Part shown: positions 12,131-22,134 of the stretch, piece by piece | Layout of the letters: the number at the start of each line of letters is the position of its first letter | Position numbering within the stretch: position 1 is the first letter of the stretch | NCBI GenBank assembly: GCA_010405405.1 | Contig: MU004231.1 | Location: 2,495,860-2,559,859 of the forward strand | Source: Microthyrium microscopicum | Taxonomy: Eukaryota | Direction of reading: 5' to 3' | Length of the DNA: 64,000 bases | Notes under the pieces: model-generated | What the model was told of the DNA's origin: nothing | Seen by the model: only the letters and a program-made list of their open reading frames with translations | Database searches by the model: none | Made by a program: the position numbers and the translations under genes

Positions 12131-12368
12131 CTGTAGTTGGTCAGTGTAAGAGCGTGATAAAAGCTGACGTGCTCTGAAAAGGTCAAACGGTCTCTTCGTT
12201 CAAAGTCAAACCATAGGTAGCGTATCTTCCATCGTAGTCGATGGCACCCATAGCATTCGATAAGAAAGGCGTCTTATGGTAGCCGTCGAGTGCGATAAGA
12301 AATACGGTCGGTACCTATGGTTTCGTTGGACGTGGTCAGGAAATGTGATTTTCCGCGGAGAATCTTAC
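12131..12368 (-). other. 238-nt 5'UTR intron of the zf-PARP gene, carrying structured motif copy B
   Basis: GTAAGA donor, CACTGAC branch site, CAG acceptor 27 nt upstream of the ATG. Contains the same 22-nt core as copy A and a 12-bp closing stem AAACCATAGGTA/TACCTATGGTTT. Confidence 0.7.
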
Positions 12369-13254
12369 TTGAAGCAGAGAAGTGGATGTGCTGGAACAGG
12401 TGTTTGATGGAGAAAGGCGATGAGAATGGGAGTTTTTGAGTTTTTATGAGAGACGGAGGGTTTGGGTGGTGGCAGTGTTAATCTGGTGTTAATAGGTAGA
12501 GTAGGTACCTAGGCAGCTGCCCAAGCCGGGTACTTTGAGATTTGAGGTAGAGTAGGCAAGTATGGTTGGACTGAGGGAAGGAGCGACGGGTGCCAGTCTC
12601 AGATGCTCTTTCCCGTTGAGGTCAGTAGCAAGTTAGCAACATGTATGCGCCTGACCTGCAAGCAAATCCTTTTTCCTTTCCTTAATCTCAAATCCTTTGT
12701 TCTACTAATCAGGTCATCCTTATACAACACCTGAATCGCAGAACAATTTGTGTATGCAAACACTCCATCTCGGCTACCTGCGTCGACATCAAATGATTAA
12801 GGTGTAGCAAAGGGCTTTCTGCCTTATGGCCTGATCATGCCAACAACGTCTGCAGTTGCATGTGCCATGTGGTACCAACTGGCAACATTTGAAGGGTACC
12901 TAGATCCAGATGTCGCTTTCTCTTATTTTTTCAAGGGCCCATGACGAAACTATATTCAATGCTAAGACTAACACTCGATATCTGACAGGATCTTGCTTCA
13001 TTAATTTGGTACAAAATTGAGTCGACAAAGTGAAGTCATGACGATATTGATCAGTTCAAAGCCTGACAAATACCTTGTTGCCTGACACAGTCAACGCGTC
13101 AATCTAAACTCTCAACTACACCAAATGCAAATGCAACTTCGTCAATGAAAAAAAGTTTCCACCCCAAATACTCTGCACACAACTCTTTCTTCTCCAGCGA
13201 TCGACTACCCTCTTTCGTTGGCTCGATACAAATACAACCTCAAGCCACGATGAC

Positions 13255-16026
13255 TTGATGTTTCCACTGCTCTCTCGCTCCCTCAAACAAATACCACAGC
13301 GACTCCTCCCGTTTTGCCCCATTCGCCGTACACTTGCCACCAAATTATCCCATCAACAGAAAGGGCCAAGAGTACAAGACTGGATTCTAGATATACCAGC
13401 GTACATAAGTTTCAGAGTCCAGGGAATTCCGCGGTATCCTGCCCCAAATCCCAAAAATTGGAGAATAGCAGAAGAATGGCTCCGACCACTACAGCCACAC
13501 TTCGATCGGTACACCTCGGGCTCAGTTGAAGATGCAGCGGATCATATTTCCGCTCAAGGGGGTTTCACACAAACCTCTTCAAGCGAAGTTGTTCAAGATG
13601 ATTACTTTGACGCTCAAGTAGGTCAGGTGCTGCTGCGAGGTCGGAATGCCAGGCAAAACCCTCTTGTATATCTCGCGCTCAAAAAGAAGGATTGGGGCAT
13701 GATAGCTTGGATTGTTCGTGTTATAACTGAGCAGCCACATTTCCGACATGACGACCATTTGGCAATGACAATGGAGCCGATTTCCATCAAGCACATGTCA
13801 AACTTACCGCAACCTGCCACCGCAAGCTTCAATGATTTGTTGGCACAGCCTCTATTTCTGGAGATGGACCAACCACCACAAAGTGTTACAGAAGTGGCCA
13901 ACCGGAGCTCGGCATTATCTTCACGCATTCAAATACAGAGAGCTGCTATCAATACAGTGTTGGAGTTTCTGGGCCAAATGATTATGGTTTCTTATACTTG
14001 CAAAAATGTAGCCAAGTCTCAGATGTTTATGGATCAAGTGCTCAATATCTTTGCGATACTACACCACAATTCGGTTATCCCTGACTTGACATACAGGTCA
14101 ATGAAGAATTCGAGCGAGTCGAGGCTGGCGCCTCCTCAATATCTGGCAGACCTGTATCAGCCTATGCTCACTGCCATTCTCGACGCCGAGTGGAACATCT
14201 ACCAGGAGCATCCAGAGCTTGCAACATTCAGCTCTGTAGCGCAAGTAGAGATACCTGGCTATGAGTTCCCCGCTCACAACAATCCGAAGCGTATTTTGCC
14301 ATACTGTCATGGTATCTGGCTGGAACTTCTCCTCTGGATCTGCTTGAGAGGCCACTGGATGCATGCTGGGGGGAGTATTATACGAATGATCAATTCTACG
14401 AAGTCGCCGATTGATTGGAAGTCGTCGTCATGGAGGAAGTGGCTTCCTAGTTCCTCCGATGACCGCTGCGTCATTCCACCAGGCACAATCTCCACAGAAG
14501 TACTGAACAGTTATGTGGAGGCAATGATCGATGCTTCTGCTACTTCCAGCAGCATTAGTGGGATAAAGGAAGACACGTTGATTCGCTATATGCAGCACGC
14601 CAAAGAGCTTTTGCATAAAGACCAAACAGCGGCAAATTCACTTGAGTGGGAACGCACCATGTCTCGGTACTTGATCTCCAAGGATTTGGGCACGTCAAAC
14701 GTCAAGATATTGAAGGCCAGTAAACTCATTTCAGACTTGATTGCAAAAAAGCATCCGACGGAAACATCAACGAAAGATGATGGGCTTATTGAAGGCGAGA
14801 TTCGAGATGACACAGAACTTCGTGGCATTCCTTTGCGCTTACTCACTCTCGCTCTTGAACAAGGGGACATCGTTTTGATTCGAGAATTGGTCGAAGCGAT
14901 GGAATTGCAGCGTATAGTGACTGGATCGCACGAATTTCTCAAAAACCTGCTGTTGTGTGTTTGTGACTCTGATCAGTACGAAGCTGCCCACGATCTGCTA
15001 TTCAAGCTTCCATCTGGACCTTTAATCATCAAGGATCATTATCAAGAACCCGAACTAGCAGCATCGCTCGTTCGTTATGCAGTGTCCACCTCTAATCGCG
15101 CTTTACTAATCGACATATTAAAGCCTGCTGTCTTGACCAACCTACCGCAGTCCAAGTCGACTTTAGCACTTCTTATCTGCCAAATCGAGACTCGACGCTG
15201 GAGTGCAGTGCTCAGCACAATCAAAGCACTCGAAGATGGTCCATCTGGTGACTGGCAATTGCGAGCATTCGTCATCCTCGTCAAAGAAGTTTTAACGCTG
15301 CAGGGAAAGCGGAGTAAATCTGTCGATGCGGGTACAGACACAGCTGGCCTCGCCCAAGCACTTGACGCGCTATCTCTTCTCTCAATCAAGATGCTACAAG
15401 CCTCACCAAGACAATCAGAGCAGCAACGAGCCAGCACATACACGGTACTTGGTGTATTAGCCAGCATAGATCCCGAATGGGCACTATTCTGTGCATCCGC
15501 TCTCCGTGGTGCCAAGCGGACTCTTGCACAGAATAAACATACCCATGTTATAACTTCGCTCTCACCCGATTTTATGGCAGTCTTGTTGCAAGGCGTCGCC
15601 AACTTTGGGGGTCTCGAAGCTGTTGCACATATCTGGCAAACTTGGTGCATTCCACAAACCTCCCAGGGGATAAAGCACCGAGCTGCTCTTGTGGCCCACT
15701 TTCGAACTGATTCAGAGTACTACCCAGAGAACTGGCTACTCGTTGACTTCCCTAGCTGGGCGAAGATCAGATATGTGGGCAAAATGCAGCCTTCTCTCAG
15801 CATGGTTAGAGTCTTGCTTACACAAGACCTGTTACAGCCGTATAGGGAACAAGGTGAGAATTCTAGTGTTTTCAAGTCATTGGCTGCTTTGTTAGGCTGG
15901 GATGAGAAGATGGTTCGTAAACACTTGATGCAAGGCGCTGAACCATATAAACCGTGGGCGCTGGTTGAAGATTATCGTCGCGACCGCGAAGAGGAACGAG
16001 AAGATGCGGAAGATGGCGCGGAATGA
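13255..16026 (+). CDS. Large alpha-helical protein with a probable mitochondrial presequence (possibly PPR-like); function unknown
   Basis: Intronless 923-aa ORF with an Arg/Leu/Ser-rich, acid-free N-terminus and helical composition. No diagnostic motif recognised; the first ATG is at 13258. Confidence 0.6.
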   Translation: MMFPLLSRSLKQIPQRLLPFCPIRRTLATKLSHQQKGPRVQDWILDIPAYISFRVQGIPRYPAPNPKNWRIAEEWLRPLQPHFDRYTSGSVEDAADHISAQGGFTQTSSSEVVQDDYFDAQVGQVLLRGRNARQNPLVYLALKKKDWGMIAWIVRVITEQPHFRHDDHLAMTMEPISIKHMSNLPQPATASFNDLLAQPLFLEMDQPPQSVTEVANRSSALSSRIQIQRAAINTVLEFLGQMIMVSYTCKNVAKSQMFMDQVLNIFAILHHNSVIPDLTYRSMKNSSESRLAPPQYLADLYQPMLTAILDAEWNIYQEHPELATFSSVAQVEIPGYEFPAHNNPKRILPYCHGIWLELLLWICLRGHWMHAGGSIIRMINSTKSPIDWKSSSWRKWLPSSSDDRCVIPPGTISTEVLNSYVEAMIDASATSSSISGIKEDTLIRYMQHAKELLHKDQTAANSLEWERTMSRYLISKDLGTSNVKILKASKLISDLIAKKHPTETSTKDDGLIEGEIRDDTELRGIPLRLLTLALEQGDIVLIRELVEAMELQRIVTGSHEFLKNLLLCVCDSDQYEAAHDLLFKLPSGPLIIKDHYQEPELAASLVRYAVSTSNRALLIDILKPAVLTNLPQSKSTLALLICQIETRRWSAVLSTIKALEDGPSGDWQLRAFVILVKEVLTLQGKRSKSVDAGTDTAGLAQALDALSLLSIKMLQASPRQSEQQRASTYTVLGVLASIDPEWALFCASALRGAKRTLAQNKHTHVITSLSPDFMAVLLQGVANFGGLEAVAHIWQTWCIPQTSQGIKHRAALVAHFRTDSEYYPENWLLVDFPSWAKIRYVGKMQPSLSMVRVLLTQDLLQPYREQGENSSVFKSLAALLGWDEKMVRKHLMQGAEPYKPWALVEDYRRDREEEREDAEDGAE

Positions 16027-16949
16027 AAATTGTAGCGGCTTACACAGTCAAAGGAATACAATTGAATTACATCAATCTTCAGACTATATCTTGACGTGTG
16101 TCTTTCATAGGATCAGTATCTGCACGTTGGCTCTACTGTAACTACAGGTCCTACACAACATCGCAATACGAATGTCCCCTGTCAACTTCTATCATACTGC
16201 CGGAGTTCGATCCGGAAGATGTACATGTACAAACTCTGCAATGGATTAACACCATTCAGGTCAACTCTCCCCGCAAACTGGTTATGGTGTCGCCATGACC
16301 CTGGTCTAACCTCCCACATTTGATCCGGGGCACTGAGTCCGGCTTTGACGTCGACAATATCAACTTACTTCCAGCATCTCAAACTCCACCTTAGATAGCA
16401 CGAACTTTTTCATCACTCACACTTTGTCTAATAGTACAATCTTAGCATGAACAGATGATGCTGAATAGATCCGTCTCCATCCATTTTAGCATAATTTACC
16501 GTTACTCCTAACAGGTAGCCTAATACCTTCATCACCATCCACCACGGACTAACTGCAACGGACAAACTCAACAACCGCCTTACTGATTTCCCCTGACCAC
16601 TAGTCGCTCAGACCGCCCATATTGCCCAAGCTTCGTGCATAACCACGGGAACTAAAACATGCCATGAACTGCATCCTTCTCAGGGATGGTGCTGTTGTTT
16701 TAAAAAGCACGATTGGTCAATCCAATGGCTTATTGACCTCGGCACCACTTCCCCTCTTGCATAATATGCATACATAGAGATATGGGTTTGAGGAATAAAT
16801 ATAATGGCTGGTGAGGGGAAGGTCAACGACAGTGTTTGCAGTAAGCATATTATTTTGCCGTTTCTTCCAATTCTCGTTGCTCGTTGAGCAGTGTTTGAGT
16901 CTATCGTATAGTCATCGATTCGCACAGCCTTGTGTACTCTGCGGGCAAG

Positions 16950-19118
16950 ATGGTTATTTATAAGAATGAAAAGTCATATCCGATTCCAGATCTGGATCTT
17001 TTGACGATATGTTTTGGTAAACTCATCCCCTTGTCTCTCCTAATTCTATCCATCTCTATGGAGCCGCAATTCTTGTGGAATCTAAGCTAAGACATATCCA
17101 ATATAGATTCAGAACATTCCTCAGCCTTGCCAGAGAGCATCCTCCACTGCTCAGCCGAGAAACCTAGCATCTCGCTCAACAAACTTGGCCTACAACGCCT
17201 ACTCGAGGAGTTCGCATGGGGTATTCGCAAACGCTTCAATATCGGCGCGAATGGCAGGAATAAAGATGTTGTTTGTATCTTTAGCTCTGGGCAGCCGGCG
17301 TATCCTGCCGCTACGTTTGGGGTTATTGCGGCTGGAGGAGTCGCTAGTCTGGTAAGTGGAGGGATGTTTGGTTTGATGATGGCGAAAATATGTGAGAGGA
17401 CTTGGTGGCGCCCAGCGCATTCGATGGCGGCCATGGCACTCTATGGCTGGTATGAAGTGCGATGGGCCTTTATCACGACAACGGCATCTCACTTTTCGGC
17501 GGGCTTTTGGCTCTTTGGAATAAAGAGAGCTCTTTCAATCATATGCTGATGAGATTCAGGTCAGTCCTAGCAGCACCAGCCATGAAGTCGCTCGCCAGGT
17601 AACGTCCGGTCTGGCGAAAGTCTTGATCTGTAGCGAAGACTTTGTGGAGACTGCGAGGAAGGCGCTGAAGGAGATTGAGTATCCGGTCACTCTATGTGTT
17701 CTACGCACGGAGCCGGATTGGGGTCTCAGGATTGATGGCGATGAGAGTGATGCTGGTGAACTCAGGGGCTCACTGGCGAGTGAGCGACTTACTTGGGAAC
17801 GGATCACGGATACACAGGAGCTCAAGGACAGTCTCATCATGCTGCTTTACTCCTCTGGCACTACGGGTGTCCCTAAAGGTATGTCTTCCTAATGCTCCTC
17901 TCTCTTCCTCATCGCATCTTCTTCTTCCCATCGCATCATCTCTCAGCCATCACCTCTCCGAAAACCACACACAGCACAACTAACACATACACAGGAGTAT
18001 GCCTTTCCCACTACAACTTCGTAGCCGAACTCATAATCCTCTCCACCCCCGCCCGCGCCTTCCTCGCCAAAGCCGTAGCAGCCGGCGCTCCCCTCCCACC
18101 ACCCAACCGCGCCCTCGCCCACCTCCCCGCCGCCCACATAGCCGGCGTAATGTCCTACATAATCGCGCCTCCCTTCTCCGGCGGCACCGTCTACTGGATG
18201 GCCAAATACACCTGGCCGCTCTTCCTAAGACTTGCCGGCCAATGCCGCATCACCACCATTTACACCGTGCCCTCCATCTATCTGCGCATGGCTAAAGATC
18301 CTGCTGTGAAGGACCAGTTTAGATGGTTGTATAGGGCGAGTGCGGGCGCGGCACCGATTGATGGCGCACTGCAGGTTGCGGCGGGGAAGAAGGTGGGCAG
18401 TGGACATGTTAGCCAGACTTGGGGACTGAGTGAGACTACGGGGGCGGTTACGGCGCCTACGCCTGGTGGAGAGCAGGATGTGTCTGGGAGTATTAGTCCC
18501 GTGGTGCCTAATGTTGAGTTGAGGTTCGTTGATGGAAGTGATCAGGTACGTTTAAGCGACGGGTGATTGGGATGATAGCTAATGATGTAGGATGTGCCGG
18601 AGGGACAGCCGGGAGAGATTTTAGTGCGTGGACCGATAGTTACGAAAGGGTATTTCAATAATCCGGAGGCTACGAAGGCAGCTTTTAGGAACGGGTGGTT
18701 TGCCACAGGCGATATAGGCGTTGTGAGAGAGGGGAGATTTTATATTGTTGATCGGTTGAAGGAGCTGATCAAGTATAAAGGTCTTCAAGTGGCTCCGGCG
18801 GAGATTGAGGGTCTGCTCATTACACATCCTCATATCTTGGAGGCGGCTGTTGTTGGAATACCTGAAGCTGAGGCTGCTGGAGATACTGTGGCTCATTCAG
18901 AAGTCCCACGGGCGTATGTGGTTCGGGTTCCTGGAACGGCCATCTCCGCCGACGAAGTCAAGAACTTTGTTAAGGAGAAACTAGCGCAGTACAAACAGCT
19001 AAGAGGGGGAGTGGTGTTCGTTGATGAGTTGCCCAAGAATGCACTGAATAAGGTGTTGAGGAGAGAACTCCGAGACCTCGCGGTGAAAGAAGTTCGGACT
19101 GAAAGAGCGAGGCTATAA
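16950..19118 (+). CDS. 4-coumarate-CoA ligase-like acyl-CoA synthetase, peroxisomal (PTS1 -ARL)
   Basis: Start MVIYKNEKSYPIPDLDLLTICFD. AMP-binding motif YSSGTTGVPKG, plus QTWGLSET, GWFATGD, RLKELIKYKG and LPKN. Introns at ~17017-17107, 17352-17559, 17879-17994 and ~18546-18590. Confidence 0.9.
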
Positions 19119-19342
19119 GCAAATTCAGTATATCAAAACGGACAAAATGGCCTGCATTAAACGAGATATTGATTGAGGTTATCTTACACACCAAACGAGT
19201 CTCTTTCGAGGCAGAGCGCTATGCGAAGTCGCAAAACGCTTTATCCAAACACCAGCGCTAAGATATGATAAACAAAGTTAGAATGACTGAGACCTCCTTA
19301 CTCAACCCCTGAATCCCTACTCTTAGCTGTCAAGTTTCCAGC

Positions 19343-21684
19343 TTATACCTCAGTCGGTTTTTGCTTCGGCTTGAACAACGACTTGGCCTTAAGTAGCCGT
19401 TGTTTCTGCTTCTCTGCCCATTCGCGACTTGCTAGGCGCCCCTTTTCAGCTGCATCAGCACGAGCTCGCTTTGCGGCCTCTTCTTTTTCGCGTCGCTCTC
19501 GTTCTCTAGCCTCTTTCTCGATCTTATCGCGGTTATAGACTTCTCGACCTCGTACACGAAGTGCAACCTGTTCTTCTGGTGACAGGACCGCCTTGGTGGT
19601 TGCTGGAGCTGAAGTGCCCGATGGATTCGTGTTTCGGGGACGTGAGGTGGAACCAGTTCTAGCCAAAGCAGATGGTTGGGTGCTACCCATGAGAGATTGG
19701 CGTTTCTGCATCATAGCAGAACGCTTGGTCGCGAGATCAGATGAACCGTTATCAAGAATCACGCTTCCTCTTTTCAGAGCAGTGTTTGCAGGAGGTTTGT
19801 CAGCTATTCTTCCACCGATCATACTCGAGCGCTTCGCTGCCAATGCAGGATCGCGCTTAACGCCAGCTCGGCCAGCTACAGTATTGCTTCTTTTCAGCCC
19901 AGTATTTGCGGCAGATATATTCTCCTTTTGATCGTCCTGGGATTCAGGTTCGCCGACCATGCTCATTCGTGCTCGACTGCTAGCGGTCTGCTTTACAATC
20001 ATGCTGCTTGGTCGTGCGCGAGCCAGATTTGGGGCTGGACGAGCTTTGAATTCTCGCTTCTTCTGGAGCTCTTCTTCCTCCTTCTTGCGACGTTCTTCTA
20101 GTTGTGCTCTGCGCTTGGCAGCTAGTGCTTCTCCGGGAAGCGTAAATGTTGACTTTGTTGGTGGTTTACTTGATTTGATAGGAGCGGCTGGAGCGGGGAA
20201 CTGCATAGAAATCGGTCGACGTTTCGATGCGAGGTAGTCGGTAGTCTTTGATGATGTTGCAGCTTGGTTATCCTTGTCTTTGGATGTGATCAAGGTAGAT
20301 TGTCGCTTGCTTGCAATTGGTGTAGCTGTAGTGGAAGCTTTATTGGTACGAACGCTCGTCGATCGCGTAAGAGCCGACGTTTGAGTTGTCTTCAACAACG
20401 AACCGGCAGGTCTTTGTCTGGGTATGGGATTCCGAGAAGGTGCTCCAGAAGCTGCTGGTTTGGTAGGAACGGTTTGGGTTTTTGATGCGAGTATTTGGGA
20501 AGCACGTTGTGCTGCAGCCTTGGAGTTGTTTGGAAGCGGCTTCCGAGTCGTCTTCTTTTCTGGTGACAGGGGCTGTATTTGGGGAAGGACTGGTACAAGT
20601 CAGTATAAGACTAATACAAGCCAATGCGGACTGAAAACCAATTGCGAAAGTAGCCGCCAGGTATTATATAGTTTGTAATCGTGCACAAGGAAATCTTACT
20701 TTTGCCAACTTCTTCGATTGCATCCTCCAAAGCATCGATCGCATCAATTGGGTCTTCAGATGGTAGAACCGCAATGGTTGGTGAAGTCAGCATAGAAGTT
20801 GTCTGCGAAGCCATTTTGGAAACCTGGGAATCGGTACAGGATCGTGTATCGATCGATATCAGATCCAACTCAGCGCCAGCTTCCGTGATCTGGTCGTCAA
20901 TGATCTCGATTCGAGTTTCCAACATTTGTTCTTTCTCGCTTTCTATTACTGGGCTGGATGACACCGACTCGTTCGGGGATGGTTTAGCAGTCTCAGTGGA
21001 ATCCACCTCGCTAATCGACTCTACATCAGCAATGCCAACATGCACCTCCGCTGTATCCTTGTCGTCCATTATGGGCTCGTCTTCTTCAATTTGGGCAAGA
21101 TGTTGTCGCTTCACGGTCAATGATGCAGGTCGTTCAACAATGTTTTTGTGGTCTGAGACTAGATGCAGGTCAGTGCCAGGATCGGCAACAGAGGGAGCAT
21201 ACAATATATAAGGGACGGGGATAGCTTTGTTGTTGCCATGTGGTACGGGGGTGGCATATTGTTTTGAACCAGGATATGGGGAAGTCCTTGGAATTTGACT
21301 GGGATCTTGAACTCAATGCTTACCTTCATTTACCATCCTCGGTACTTCATCTTCGTCTTGCCCAGCAACATCCTTATGGTCTTCGGGACTGTTTTCCTCG
21401 TCTTCTCCGAGTTGTGGATCCTGTGCTTCAACGTCTTGGTTGTCGACCTTGCACTTGTTGCCTTTCTTGTTCTTGCGACCCTTTTTGCGCCCACGCGTTT
21501 TCTTTGGTGCTACGGCTTCAGGCGCTGTCTCTACGGTTTCGAGTTCTTCTGTGGTACTTGAGAGACCCGTATCAGGTACTTTGCAATCATCTTTCGGGCT
21601 TTGCGGATCTTGTACATCTGTAGTAGCCGGTTGTACCTGTTCGGCGGCGGCGGCGCGGGCAGCAGCACGCGTTGTGCGGGCCAT
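19343..21684 (-). CDS. Low-complexity microtubule-associated protein candidate with a TPX2/WVD2-like C-terminal region
   Basis: Acidic N-terminal half and basic S/T-rich C-terminal half containing FTLPGEALAAKRR...EELQKKREFKARPAP and a terminal coiled coil. Introns at 21159-21323 and ~20591-20699. Confidence 0.55.
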
Positions 21685-22134
21685 TGTTTACGTTATTGAA
21701 AGCTCTCAATTGCGTCAGGAAGGGAAGAAATGGATCTCAAGTTAAGATATCTGGCGATAAGAAGTAAAGGAGAATGTCAGCGGAGATATTAGTAGAAAGA
21801 GGTCGGAATTTTTGGCTGACAGAATGTCTCAGCCACCAGTTCTTGATCGAGTCCAGTCGTTCTGTTCAACGCCTTGGAGCTCAAACCATTCGCAGTTTCC
21901 CCAAAGTTGGACCCTGTCAACAACACTAATCCGTCTGCAGTTAGGCTTCCCGCTGCGCATTTCAGGGGTATCACATTCCAAAGATTACAGGTAGACATTT
22001 GTTGCATTGTGGTTGAATCCCGAAAAGCGCTCAAAGCGCTCAAAGTGAATCTTATTTTACATTTACCAAACTACATGCTGTATATGCCAATGATGCTTCA
22101 TGAAACCTCCGCAAAGTATGCCAACCAGTTGTGA

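Noticed and set aside
12585..12612. Minus-strand CTGAGA...ACCCGT resembling part of a TPP riboswitch
   Set aside because: It lacks the downstream CTGAT/GCGxAGG elements and the host gene is not thiamine-related.
17371..17550. TGATGA ... CTGA in ligase intron 2 as a possible C/D snoRNA
   Set aside because: The CTGA coincides with the branch site, and there is no terminal stem or recognisable guide. The long hairpin explains the intron better.
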